From positions 256,001 to 320,000 of the forward strand of contig CBDCJV010000002.1 in the NCBI GenBank assembly GCA_965217895.1: DNA of 64,000 nt, written 5' to 3'. The DNA is from Waterburya sp. Its GTDB lineage: Bacteria; Cyanobacteriota; Cyanobacteriia; Cyanobacteriales; Xenococcaceae. The notes below the pieces were generated by a model, which was given only the letters and a program-made list of their open reading frames with translations, was not told where the DNA came from and ran no database searches. The position numbers and the translations under genes are program-made. Positions 10,262 to 20,317 of the stretch are shown in pieces (the first letter of the stretch is position 1; every line of letters starts with the position of its first letter).

Positions 10262-10307
10262 ACTTGTTACTTGTTCTATAAATTAGCTAGTTCACCGAGA
10301 TAAATTT

Positions 10308-10703
10308 TTAGTTAAGAACTGGCTGACTAGCATCTGTAAACTCGTCAACTTTTGAAATTAAGTAATTTAGGTCAAATGGCTTATAAATTATGCCATCAGC
10401 TTTGCTATCGTCAAACTGCTTTTCTTCGAGGCGATCGACCGCAGAGACGAGTAAAATTGGTAAAGATTGGTAGTCTGGCTTTGTTTTGATTTCACGAGTA
10501 ACCTGCAAACCACTAATTTCTGGCATCATAATGTCCATCAAAACCAACTGTGGTTGAATTTGAGCGACAGTCTCCAAAGCATTTTTACCATTAGCTATTG
10601 TCTTCACCTGATACCCTGCTGATTCTAAAACCAAACTCAACAACAACGAAATATCGTCGTTATCCTCCACCACTAAAATAGGTTTACGAGACTTACTCAT
10701 CAC
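10308..10703 (-). CDS. single-domain response regulator
   Basis: ILVVEDNDD, LMDIMMP, KPF. Confidence 0.9.
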   Translation of the reverse strand: MMSKSRKPILVVEDNDDISLLLSLVLESAGYQVKTIANGKNALETVAQIQPQLVLMDIMMPEISGLQVTREIKTKPDYQSLPILLVSAVDRLEEKQFDDSKADGIIYKPFDLNYLISKVDEFTDASQPVLN

Positions 10704-10823
10704 GACTTGCTACTGGTCAACTACAATATATTAAATCTAACCAATCATCTGGTTATGAACATCTTAATAAAGATATATATCTTTCGAGTTATAGCTAAAA
10801 TTATGTCCTGGTACTCTTGGCAG

Positions 10824-10858
10824 TAACTACTAACTACTAACTACTAACTACTAACTAA
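10824..10858 (+). repeat. heptamer short tandem repeat (STRR-type, TAACTAC x4-5)
   Basis: Direct reading. Confidence 0.85.
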
Positions 10859-10859
10859 T

Positions 10860-12212
10860 CTATTTCTCTTTTAACTGAACTTGCCCAGGTAGCTCACGCA
10901 AAATTAAGGTGTAAATATCTGTAGGCATATCAATATCTGCTGCTTCTAAAGCTTCTTTAACCTTCTGAGCAACTTTAGAAGTGGTTGCCAAAAACCCAGA
11001 TCTGCGAGAGTCTACCCAAAAGCGAATTTCCAAATTAACCGTACTAGCAGCAAGTTCACTAACTAATACATCTGGTGCAGGATTAGTTTCTACTTCTTTG
11101 AAGTTTTCTAATGCCTGGCTAATTACGGCGATCGCTTCACTAAGATCTTCTCCATAGTCAATTCCTACCATCACCGAACTACGACGACGAGGAGAAGCAG
11201 TATTATTAATTATGCTTGCCTGAAATACTTCTTGGTTAGGAATATAAACTAGCCGACCATCATAAGTTTTCATAGTTGTGGCTCTTAGTTGAACTTGAGC
11301 GATCGTGCCTTCATATTCGCCAATCACCACCTGATCGTTAATCCGAAACGGACGAGCAGCTAGTAAAATAACTCCAGAAATATAGTTACTTAATACATCC
11401 TTGAGGCTAAAACCAATTGCTACACTAGTCAGTCCTAATGCACCCAATAACGCCCCAAAGTCTAGTCCCATTACACCTAGAGCAACGATAAAACCAATTA
11501 CCCAAACTGCACCATAACTAAGTCTGCCAATCAAAAGTTCAGTATTAGAATCTCCTTCTGTTTGCTTTGCCCAAGTGTAAGCCAAATAGCGCAATATTTT
11601 GGCAGCACCCCAGGTAATGCCTATTACAACAATTGCACCTACCAATGAAGGTAAATTACCAACAATATTTTGCAGTAATTCTCTGGTAGTTGTGTACAAA
11701 CGCTGAGTAACGTCGATCGCCAGGGGTGGTTTGTCAAAAGCCGTATCTAGCTGTTGCGACCATCTTTTAGCTAAGGCTTCGGTACTTAGGCCAAAATCCT
11801 CTGCATCTTGCTGGGTAACGGTCATCAAAATGCGATTTTTAATTCTCAGGGTGGCAATTTTACGAGGGTTATCAGGGGTAATTTCTATTTTGTCTGGGCT
11901 TTCGTTTTGTGCCAATAAACTAGCTATACGGCGATTAATAATTTCTGCTCTAGCACTAGCATCAATTTGCGGTAAGCTACCAATTTGAAACACAGGGCGG
12001 TTTCTGACCAAAATATCGGCAAAATAAAGCCCGTCGCTAGGAATAGCTATTGGGGCAGGCTCAGTTGTCGTGGGAATGCTTTCTTCTTCTTGAGTTAGAG
12101 CGATAGGTGCAAAAAAAACTAAAAAAGCGATCGCCATTACTATTGAAGTAAAAAGCGATCGCCTGGCACGAACTAAGTTTAATCGTTTAAAGATAGAAAA
12201 TGAATATGACAT
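10860..12212 (-). CDS. MscS-family channel with periplasmic N-terminal domain
   Basis: GLTSVAIGFSLKDVLSNYISG, VYIPN, VGIDYG. Confidence 0.9.
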   Translation of the reverse strand: MSYSFSIFKRLNLVRARRSLFTSIVMAIAFLVFFAPIALTQEEESIPTTTEPAPIAIPSDGLYFADILVRNRPVFQIGSLPQIDASARAEIINRRIASLLAQNESPDKIEITPDNPRKIATLRIKNRILMTVTQQDAEDFGLSTEALAKRWSQQLDTAFDKPPLAIDVTQRLYTTTRELLQNIVGNLPSLVGAIVVIGITWGAAKILRYLAYTWAKQTEGDSNTELLIGRLSYGAVWVIGFIVALGVMGLDFGALLGALGLTSVAIGFSLKDVLSNYISGVILLAARPFRINDQVVIGEYEGTIAQVQLRATTMKTYDGRLVYIPNQEVFQASIINNTASPRRRSSVMVGIDYGEDLSEAIAVISQALENFKEVETNPAPDVLVSELAASTVNLEIRFWVDSRRSGFLATTSKVAQKVKEALEAADIDMPTDIYTLILRELPGQVQLKEK

Positions 12213-12406
12213 TAGATACTGAATCTTGAGCCAGACTGAAATAATTTAACTTAAGCTCTTATTTGATTGAGAGTTTACAGGTCTAGACTCTTTAATAGTC
12301 TCTATCTAAAGGCATAACCAGCTTGATGCTGATATTTTCTTTTAAGTCTTGGCTGATTGTTTAACAAAGCTATTAGCTTTTAGCTTTTAGCTAAACGGGT
12401 CTAATA

Positions 12407-13563
12407 CTAAATCCGATTTATAAAGTATGTAAACAACAAGCGTTTTTTAGCCAATGATAGTTAGTCAATTTACGAACTTCATCTTTCATTTCACTGACTA
12501 CACAACAACGCTCAACTAAAATGTCCTCTATCTCATTGATAGTTTCAAAATATTGATTTACCAGAGGTTCATCTACTAACTGCCATAACCTTTCGGCTGG
12601 CTGTAACTCTGGAGAATAAGGAGGTAAAAAATCAATCTTTATTCCCTCTGGAATAATCGCTTTTTTGCTGTGATGCCATCCTGCATTATCTTCTATCAAA
12701 AGAATTTTTTTTGATTATTAATTCCAGCATCAATAGCAAACTGTTGATAAACCAGATTCAGCCAATTTGTATTAACTCTGGGAATTAGATACCATAAAGT
12801 TTCTCCAGTTTTTGGCTTAACGAACCCATAAACATACAACCATTCGTATCGATGTTGTACTATTGCTTCTGGTCGATGACCAACTTTTGACCAAACCTTT
12901 TTTAGTATTGGTTTTAATCCTACTCTATGCTCGTCGAAAAACCACAGTTCTACCTCCACATCTGGATTTTCTTGTTCAAGTTGCTTAAGTTTCAATGGCA
13001 AGTTACTTTTGAACATCTCTTGCTCTAATTTATTGGCTTTTTTATGTGTTGGTCTTGGACTTTGCCAAGAGTAACCGCACTTTTTTAAGTAGTCCCATCC
13101 TCTCTGATTCCCGACTTTTTCTCTGCCCGTTTCTTTTTCAATCCAGCGAGCTACCTTAGTTCCTGTCCAGATTCCTCCGTCTGGTAACTCTTTGGCGATC
13201 GCTTTTGTTAGTTTTTCTAATTGTGGTTGTGATAGTAACCTTTTTTTTCCTCTAACATGATTGCTGGTTTTATTTTGGCAATTTTTGACCCCTTCCTCTC
13301 CATAGAGGTTGTACCGACCGAGAATCTTTTGAGCATAAGAATAAGAACATCCCACAGCGAGCGCACTATTTTTAATCGTCCATCCCAAAGATATTTTCGC
13401 GATTCAGATGCCATCTTCTCACTTCCACTGAGTTTTGACTCTTCAGATACTTTTCTTTTAGTTCAGAAGAACTAAAATGTTTTGCTAAATAAGCTGTTTT
13501 TGGCATTTAACATTTTTAAGTTATTCCTCACTATTTTATACACACTTTGGTAATCGGATTTAG
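12407..13563 (-). mobile_element. IS630-family insertion sequence
   Basis: TIRs CTAAATCCGATT(n3)AAAGTnTGTA at both ends, TA duplication (12405-06, 13564-65), DDE motifs FFDEHR / DNAGWH / LPPYSPELQPAE. Confidence 0.92.
12418..13506 (-). pseudogene. IS630 transposase, split by two frameshifts
   Basis: MPKTAYL...RRWHL from ATG 13506; frameshift near 13400; second frameshift at the A8 run 12705-12712 inside the DDE domain. Confidence 0.8.
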
Positions 13564-13565
13564 TA

Positions 13566-13861
13566 TCAATAGCTGGGGCAGCTTATATATCCAGAAAGAA
13601 TTGTTCACTAGAACACAACGCATTCGTGCAATATGCGACCAGCTTGGTCTTGAAACGCTTCCTTCAGAGCGTAGTGCTAAACATATTGTCGGCATAAAAT
13701 TAAAAGCGGAGCAACAACACATAAAGCTGGCAGCCGTTCTCAAATCAGCCAACATTTATGTTAGCGTTCGCAGTGAAACGATAAGGATTGCACCACATCT
13801 TCACACCGATGAGCAAGACATCGAACGATTCTGCTCCGCGCTAGAGGAATATCTTGTTTAA
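13566..13861 (+). pseudogene. C-terminal fragment of class V aminotransferase
   Basis: IYVSVR..IRIAPHLH..EQDIERF motif; N-terminus missing at the IS630 end. Confidence 0.7.
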
Positions 13862-14021
13862 AAAGGCGTAAAATAGAATGTGTTCAATTTAAGATTGAAA
13901 TTAAAGTCCGGTATTCAGTTTAATAAACTAAGTGTGGCAAAAACTCATTTTTTTTAGTTAGGCTGGAGTTATTCTTAAAATCTTATATATGTATCTAGTA
14001 AATAAATAGCTATATATAACT

Positions 14022-15971
14022 ATGAACAAAAGCTGTCAGACAAAAGTAGAAACGCAATTAGCAAATTCTACTGTTTCAAAACTCAGCAATCGAAAGAAAA
14101 ACAGCAAAATAAGCACTTCAGTAAAAAAGTTAGCTGCGGGATGGATAATTTTTCAGACCCTTTTTCTGGCAACTCCTATTTTGGCACAGCAGAAATCTAA
14201 CAATGATCTAGATTACGGTGAGTTTTTAAAAAAATTAGCAGAGAACCAAGTTACAAAAGTAGAAATTGATGAAACTACTAATCTTGCTAGCGTGACCTTA
14301 AAAGGACAGAAAAAAGACTCTCCTCCCCATGAAGTAGCCTTATTTGAGCAAAATCAGGATCTGATTCCGAAGATACGGGCTAAAAACGTCGATTTTACGA
14401 TTAAAACTTCCGTAGATCGCTCAACAACTGTAGGAATTTTGTTAAACCTACTGATCTTTTTTGTTTTGATACTAGGGCTGATTATGATTGTGCGTCGCTC
14501 TGCTAATGCTTCTGGTCAAGCTATGAGTTTTGGGAAATCCAAAGCCAAGTTTCAGATGGAAGCAAAAACGGGGATTCAGTTTAATGATGTAGCAGGAATC
14601 GAAGAAGCCAAAGAAGAGTTACAAGAAGTCGTAACCTTTCTCAAAGAACCAGAAAGATTTACGGCAATTGGGGCAAAAATTCCTAGAGGAGTATTGTTAG
14701 TTGGTCCTCCTGGGACAGGTAAAACCCTCTTAGCAAAAGCGATCGCTGGAGAAGCTGGAGTACCATTTTTTAGCATCTCTGGTTCTGAGTTTGTCGAGAT
14801 GTTTGTTGGGGTAGGTGCATCCCGCGTTCGCGATTTATTTAAAAAAGCCAAAGAAAACGCCCCCTGCATTATTTTTATTGATGAAATAGATGCAGTTGGT
14901 CGCCAAAGGGGTGCAGGGATTGGCGGAGGCAACGATGAGCGAGAACAAACTCTTAATCAATTGCTGACGGAGATGGACGGGTTTGAAGGCAATAGTGGCA
15001 TTATCGTTATTGCTGCTACCAATCGTCCTGATGTTTTAGATCAGGCTTTACTGCGTCCTGGTCGTTTTGATCGTCAGGTAATGGTAGACTATCCTGACTT
15101 ACAGGGGAGACTAGGTATCTTAGAAGTTCATGCCCGTGGCAAGAAAATTGCCCCTGAAGTATCTTTAGAGGCGATCGCTCGCCGTACCCCTGGATTTAGC
15201 GGTGCAGATTTAGCGAATCTCTTGAATGAAGCTGCAATTTTGACTGCTAGAAGACATAAAGACGCGGTGACAATGTTAGAGGTAAATGATGCCGTAGATC
15301 GCATTGTAGCGGGAATGGAAGGCATTCCTTTAGTAGATAGTAAGTTCAAAAGACTAATTGCCTATCATGAAGTTGGTCATGCGATCGTTGCTAGTATGAT
15401 TCCTGGTCACGATCCCGTAGAAAAAGTTACTATCATTCCTAGAGGAGGCGCAGGAGGTCTGACCTGGTTCACTCCAGAAGAAGAAATGGGGCTAGAAACC
15501 AAATCAAAAATTCTAGCAAAAATTACTTCGCTTTTAGGCGGTAGAGCAGCCGAAGAAATAGTATTTGGTACAGATGAGATAACTCAAGGTGCAGGTCAAG
15601 ATATTCAAATGCTGACTTCTCTAGCACGCAAAATGGTAACTAAATTTGGAATGTCAGATTTAGGCGCGTTGGCATTAGAGGGTCAAGAACAACCTGTATT
15701 CTTGGGAGGTGATTCTGGGACGAGAAACGAATATTCAGAACAGGTTGCTGCCCAAATTGATGTGCGTATCCGCAATATATCTTTAGAATGCTATGGCAAA
15801 GCTAAGAAGATAATCGGTGAGAATCGTTTAGCTATCGATCGGATTGTAGATATTTTGATTGAAAAAGAAACAATTGAGGGTAAAGAGTTTCGCAAGTACC
15901 TCGCTCAATTTTCTCCCCATTATCAATCTGAGGAAACAACAGATAAAACTCTTAGTTTGAGTAAGAAGTAG
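14022..15971 (+). CDS. ftsH: ATP-dependent zinc metalloprotease FtsH (FtsH1-like)
   Basis: [27 protein letters not shown]. Confidence 0.97.
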   Translation: MNKSCQTKVETQLANSTVSKLSNRKKNSKISTSVKKLAAGWIIFQTLFLATPILAQQKSNNDLDYGEFLKKLAENQVTKVEIDETTNLASVTLKGQKKDSPPHEVALFEQNQDLIPKIRAKNVDFTIKTSVDRSTTVGILLNLLIFFVLILGLIMIVRRSANASGQAMSFGKSKAKFQMEAKTGIQFNDVAGIEEAKEELQEVVTFLKEPERFTAIGAKIPRGVLLVGPPGTGKTLLAKAIAGEAGVPFFSISGSEFVEMFVGVGASRVRDLFKKAKENAPCIIFIDEIDAVGRQRGAGIGGGNDEREQTLNQLLTEMDGFEGNSGIIVIAATNRPDVLDQALLRPGRFDRQVMVDYPDLQGRLGILEVHARGKKIAPEVSLEAIARRTPGFSGADLANLLNEAAILTARRHKDAVTMLEVNDAVDRIVAGMEGIPLVDSKFKRLIAYHEVGHAIVASMIPGHDPVEKVTIIPRGGAGGLTWFTPEEEMGLETKSKILAKITSLLGGRAAEEIVFGTDEITQGAGQDIQMLTSLARKMVTKFGMSDLGALALEGQEQPVFLGGDSGTRNEYSEQVAAQIDVRIRNISLECYGKAKKIIGENRLAIDRIVDILIEKETIEGKEFRKYLAQFSPHYQSEETTDKTLSLSKK

Positions 15972-15990
15972 CAACTAGTTAAAGCATTTT

Positions 15991-16036
15991 AAAGCGATCG
16001 CCTGTACTTAAATCCAAGCACAGGCGATCGCTTTTT
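15991..16036. terminator. hairpin terminator with HIP1 in both arms
   Basis: AAAGCGATCGCCTGT...ACAGGCGATCGCTTT(TT) between convergent genes. Confidence 0.75.
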
Positions 16037-16071
16037 ATTTTTTAATATACGTCTGTTGTCCGAGATAACTC

Positions 16072-17883
16072 TTAAAAGCCAACGCCGTTAGCATCAATAC
16101 CAACTAACTGATCCAATTGACTTTCTGATAGAGCATCGCCACCAAGATTATCATACTGCTGAATCAAAGCAGAAGCAAAAGGCGCATTGTAGCTTGTTCC
16201 AACTTCATTGGTGATCGCATCATCACGGCGGTCATTGTGAGAATAATCATCCGCATAACGAGGACCACCAACTATTGCACCATAAAGAATATGTTCGGCT
16301 GGTGTTGTAGGTTGAGCGCCTATGTTAGGAGAAGAACCTCGATGGTGAGGACGCTGAGGATAATTATCCCCAAAGCCAATCATATAGCTATAGTTAAGAG
16401 GATTATCACCTAAAATATAGTCCACTTGATTATGAGCAAAGTTGCTGTAGCGAGAATCTTGTTTAACAGTATCATTATAAAGCTGTGCAAAAAACGCAGC
16501 CGAACTAGTTACAGGAATCGAACCCCATTCAGCACGATGAGCAAAACCACCCGCCGTATATTGAATATTAGCGTTGCCATTGACCCAGTTATTTAACCAG
16601 CCTTCTACCTGACCTTTAAAGAAAGGATCTTTACTTTCTTGAGCCAAAATAACCGCAGCATCATAAGAATGCTCATCTGCTGCTGAAGACCAGTCTCCTA
16701 AACCACCAACTTTAGTTTTGAAGTAGTCTTCAGCTTTATTTAGGTAAGACTGTTCTTTTGTAGCTTTGTATAACCAAGCAGCACCAGAAGCTAACTCATC
16801 TCCAAAACCACCCCAGCTAGTATAGAAAGGATTAGCAGCAGCTACTGAATCAGAATATTTGCCCTGATAAGTTTCGGCAAACTCATATAGCTGTTTAGCG
16901 TTGGTGAGTAATTTATCGGCATAGGCATTATCTACTCCACGAAACAGCATCGAAGCTGATGCTAAAGCACTAGAAGTCAAGGCAGCCACATCAGTTCCAG
17001 GATGGGTAGGATCGATAGCAAAGGCATTACGGGTAGTGTGTTGTTCTACCGTCTCTGGCGCACCCCAATAGCCATGATCGTTAGCAACACCGCCTTCTCC
17101 AACTTGAACCCAGAGTTTGGCAGTTTTACCACCACTAGTTTCATGAGCCTTGAGGAAATAATCTGTTCCCCATTTAACAGCGTCTAAGAGTTCGTCAAAC
17201 TGTCCTGACTGCTTGTAAGCATCGGTATACTCCACACCACCCCAAGCCAGCATATTAATCGAGGCTGCCATGGGTTGACCAAATTTGACGTGATCTCCTG
17301 CATCAAAGTAACCGCCTTCTAGGTCGCGACCAACGGTACTACCGTCATGAACTGTAGCATCACCACGCCATTCGATGCGGTTGTCAGGTCCCAAGTCTCC
17401 AGAGCGATTGGCTTCTAAGAAGAGGAAGTTTTTTTGTAGGGCTTCACCGTAGGCGAATTTACCTTTTTGTCCTACAGATTTACCTGGCTCATTGGGAATA
17501 TTAACCGGAGTACTAGGAGTTGTTGGTTTTGGAGTAGAGATTGGGTCTGGAGTAGATATTGGATCGACTAGATTGCTATCAAATTGAGGAGTTAATGCTT
17601 GTTGCCCATTGTCGTCAACGATGAAGATTGGTTTGATAGATTGTCCTGTTTTGAGGCTTACTTGGTCGTTTTGACCGCTAATAGTATACGTGCCGTTGCC
17701 ATTATCTACTAGATCTACGCCATAAGTTTCTTTGATAGTGTAAGGAAGATTAAATTCTAGTTTCCATTGGTTAGCATCTGATTTTGGGGTTAAGTCTAGT
17801 TCTAATTTGTAGCCATTTTGCCAGTCTTCAGTTATCGAAGCGTTGGTGTTGAAAATTGAGTTGGATGTTGTGTTAGTAGCCAT
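16072..17883 (-). CDS. glycoside hydrolase family 9 (endoglucanase) with N-terminal CBM2-like domain and P/T linker
   Basis: DLEGGYFDAGDHVKF, PQRPHHR, YGAIVGGP, NEV..SYNA. Confidence 0.9.
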   Translation of the reverse strand: MATNTTSNSIFNTNASITEDWQNGYKLELDLTPKSDANQWKLEFNLPYTIKETYGVDLVDNGNGTYTISGQNDQVSLKTGQSIKPIFIVDDNGQQALTPQFDSNLVDPISTPDPISTPKPTTPSTPVNIPNEPGKSVGQKGKFAYGEALQKNFLFLEANRSGDLGPDNRIEWRGDATVHDGSTVGRDLEGGYFDAGDHVKFGQPMAASINMLAWGGVEYTDAYKQSGQFDELLDAVKWGTDYFLKAHETSGGKTAKLWVQVGEGGVANDHGYWGAPETVEQHTTRNAFAIDPTHPGTDVAALTSSALASASMLFRGVDNAYADKLLTNAKQLYEFAETYQGKYSDSVAAANPFYTSWGGFGDELASGAAWLYKATKEQSYLNKAEDYFKTKVGGLGDWSSAADEHSYDAAVILAQESKDPFFKGQVEGWLNNWVNGNANIQYTAGGFAHRAEWGSIPVTSSAAFFAQLYNDTVKQDSRYSNFAHNQVDYILGDNPLNYSYMIGFGDNYPQRPHHRGSSPNIGAQPTTPAEHILYGAIVGGPRYADDYSHNDRRDDAITNEVGTSYNAPFASALIQQYDNLGGDALSESQLDQLVGIDANGVGF

Positions 17884-18053
17884 AATGAGTAACTTTTTTT
17901 TTGTTGAACTTGTTACCTTTATAAAAGCTTTACAAACTCTTTACCGTGACTTCATAACTCCTGCCGTGTGGATATAGATCACAATTTTTATTGAGGTGAG
18001 TTTTTGATGGCGAGGGGTGCTACGTGCAGACAAGTCCTTCGTGTTTAGGAAGC

Positions 18054-20231
18054 AAGGAGTTGAGGGAGAGTATTACCTCTGGCCCCTCTCTGTTAGATCT
18101 GTACGTGCGTCTTTCGACGCATACAGCTCCCGAAACTTTTAGCTGTCGCTTTTACGGTTGTGTATATAGTCATGACAGGATTCGTGTATTGCCACTAAAT
18201 TGTTATGACTCCAGTTGTTGTGATTTCCATCTACATGGTGTAGATTTACTTTCTCATTGCCTATGAGTTTTAATCTACAGGCTACAGATGAATGGTTTTG
18301 CCTTCTAAGGGCTTTAGAGGTTTCTCCATCGTATAGTTTGCTGTTGCGTTTACTCCAGTAAACTATATCTCCGTCAAATGGGGATTTATCTCCTTTGACG
18401 TTGATGAATTTATTTTCGGAGTATGGGACTTTTGGGAACGCTATATCCAGAAGTTTTTTGCTAGAATAACGGTCTTGTTTTGTTTGCCGATTAAATACCT
18501 TAAACGCTCTTTTCTGCATATAGTAGAGGCTATTTCTAGCCCCATCCATTTTGCAGTAGCAATGGTAGTTTCTCCATCCTCTAACAACGGCGGCTAGTTT
18601 ACTAGCCTTGACCGTCGCACCATAGTTGGAGTTATTGATGATAGATTTTGTTTTCCTATAGAAAGCTCTGAAGTTTTCCACCGAAGGTCGGCTTCTGAAC
18701 TTTCCATTCTTTTGGACTCGAAAATTCCAGCCCAGGAAGTTGAATCCATCTGTCGTTGCTGTCAGCTTTGTCTTTGTTTCGCTGATTTCCATTCCTCGTT
18801 TGGCAAGGAATTCTTTAACCTCATCAAGTATTTTTTTAGCATCGTCTTGAGGTTTTAGGATGTAAATCATATCGTCTGCATATCTAATACATTTTGATGT
18901 GCTTAATCCCCTGGTGCTTTTATATTCACCAATGTTCTCAATTGCGTTGAGTGCTATGTTAGCTAATAAAGGCGAAGCAACCCCGCCCTGTGGCGTTCCT
19001 TGTTCTGGAAATCCTACATTTGTTCCTGCTTTGAGGCATCTGAAGATGCCAAGCTTTAACCCTGATGGGGCAATTAGGTTCTCCATAATTGTGGAATGGT
19101 TGATTCTATCAAAGCATTTTTTAATATCAATTTCGAGTACTCGTTTATTGATACCTTTCACTCTCGCATTTAAGTTGTCGAACAGGTGCTTTTGCGCGCA
19201 ATGCGTGCTTCTTCCTGTTCTGAAACCGTAACTACGGGCGTGGAAAGTGGCTTCGTGTGCTGGTTCTAAAGCGTATTTTGCCAGGCATTGCCAAGCTCTG
19301 TCGCTAATAGTTGGAACTTTTAAAATTCGTTTAGTACCATCCTTTTTTGGGATAGGTATTTCCCGTAATCCTTGGTGTTTCCAATTATTAACTTTCAACT
19401 TTATTTGTTTTTCGAGTTCAAAGCGTTCTTGAAAATTCAAGTTACCTTTTCCGTCGATACCAGCGGTTTTCTTTCCCTCGTTTAGCTGTGTTACTTGCCT
19501 AATGGCTAAGAATCTTGCTCCTTGAGAGCGGAGTATCAGTTTTTGCAGTGACCTTGCTTTTTGCATATCTGCTGCTCGAACTGCTTTCCATACGCGCTTT
19601 TGTAAGCGGAAAGTCTCTTTTTGGAATTTCTTCCAAGGTAAGAATTCCCAGGATTCACTATTAACTGTGTCAATGTGTCTAATCATGCTTTACTCTAGTT
19701 TGTATGTTCTAAGTTCCTCAGACCAATTACGGTCTGTCCTACCCGAATCTAAGGGATTAATCCTCTCGTCTGGTCTACCGTGGATGCGACCTATCCACAG
19801 ACCTTAGATTCGTTTTTATTCGTTCCATTCGATTGATGTTTATTTCCTTTAGGTAGAATCAATTAAACCGCCTAAATCCCATACTCTTGCCAATGTCTTG
19901 GATAAAACTTGGCGGGATACATAGCTTAGGCAACCTCGGACTAGGAATTGCGTCCGTGTAGGCGTAGGTTTCTTTTCTAGGTTCTGTTTTACCGTGGGAA
20001 TTCCCTATTAGCGTCAGTGTCTTCTGCAATTGAAGTCTGATTACGCCCTGTTCCCAGCTTCGCTCTGTAGAATTCCGAGTCTACTCGGCGTGGGCAGATA
20101 AGGAGTCACCCGTGAGTTTCGGGGGGAGGGCTTGCACCTCCATTAATCGAACAGTTATCATCTAGCTAATGAAAACTAGAAGCCCTGATTTATATGGGTT
20201 TTATCTCACTTTCGTCAGGAACGAATCGCAC
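18054..20231 (-). mobile_element. group II intron (IIB/chloroplast-like type), intergenic
   Basis: 5' GTGCGATTCG at 20231; DI closed by ATTCGTTCC/GGAACGAAT; EBS1 ATCCAA (19898-19903) pairs with IBS1 TTGGGT; DV GAGCTGTATGCGTCGAAAGACGCACGTACAG at ~18099-18129; 3' end uncertain by 1-2 nt. Confidence 0.9.
18139..19686 (-). CDS. ltrA: group II intron reverse transcriptase/maturase with HNH domain
   Basis: GKKTAGIDG, SYGFR, GTPQGG, YADD, GFNFLG, GWRNY, LHHVDGNHNN...CHDYIH. Confidence 0.95.
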   Translation of the reverse strand: MIRHIDTVNSESWEFLPWKKFQKETFRLQKRVWKAVRAADMQKARSLQKLILRSQGARFLAIRQVTQLNEGKKTAGIDGKGNLNFQERFELEKQIKLKVNNWKHQGLREIPIPKKDGTKRILKVPTISDRAWQCLAKYALEPAHEATFHARSYGFRTGRSTHCAQKHLFDNLNARVKGINKRVLEIDIKKCFDRINHSTIMENLIAPSGLKLGIFRCLKAGTNVGFPEQGTPQGGVASPLLANIALNAIENIGEYKSTRGLSTSKCIRYADDMIYILKPQDDAKKILDEVKEFLAKRGMEISETKTKLTATTDGFNFLGWNFRVQKNGKFRSRPSVENFRAFYRKTKSIINNSNYGATVKASKLAAVVRGWRNYHCYCKMDGARNSLYYMQKRAFKVFNRQTKQDRYSSKKLLDIAFPKVPYSENKFINVKGDKSPFDGDIVYWSKRNSKLYDGETSKALRRQNHSSVACRLKLIGNEKVNLHHVDGNHNNWSHNNLVAIHESCHDYIHNRKSDS

Positions 20232-20317
20232 ACCCAATCGCCATGTTGATACTCTCTAATGCTTGTTTTATATGAATCTTATCAGGCTGGTCGTTTAAGA
20301 AATTTTGGAAAAAATGT

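Noticed and set aside
12696..12715. Programmed -1 frameshift making the IS630 active
   Set aside because: The slip lies inside the DDE domain, and a second frameshift near 13400 also breaks the gene.
18008..18053. tRNA-like 3' end (...CCCTCGCCA) downstream of the intron
   Set aside because: The rejoined exons give only ~60 nt with no T-loop (TTCRA), D-arm or anticodon arm. A split HIP1 with an insert explains it better.
18139..19686. RT as a retron, DGR or CRISPR-associated RT
   Set aside because: It is enclosed by a GTGCG 5' end, DV/DVI and an EBS1-IBS1 match, and it has maturase and HNH domains. No TR/VR pair or msr-msd was seen.
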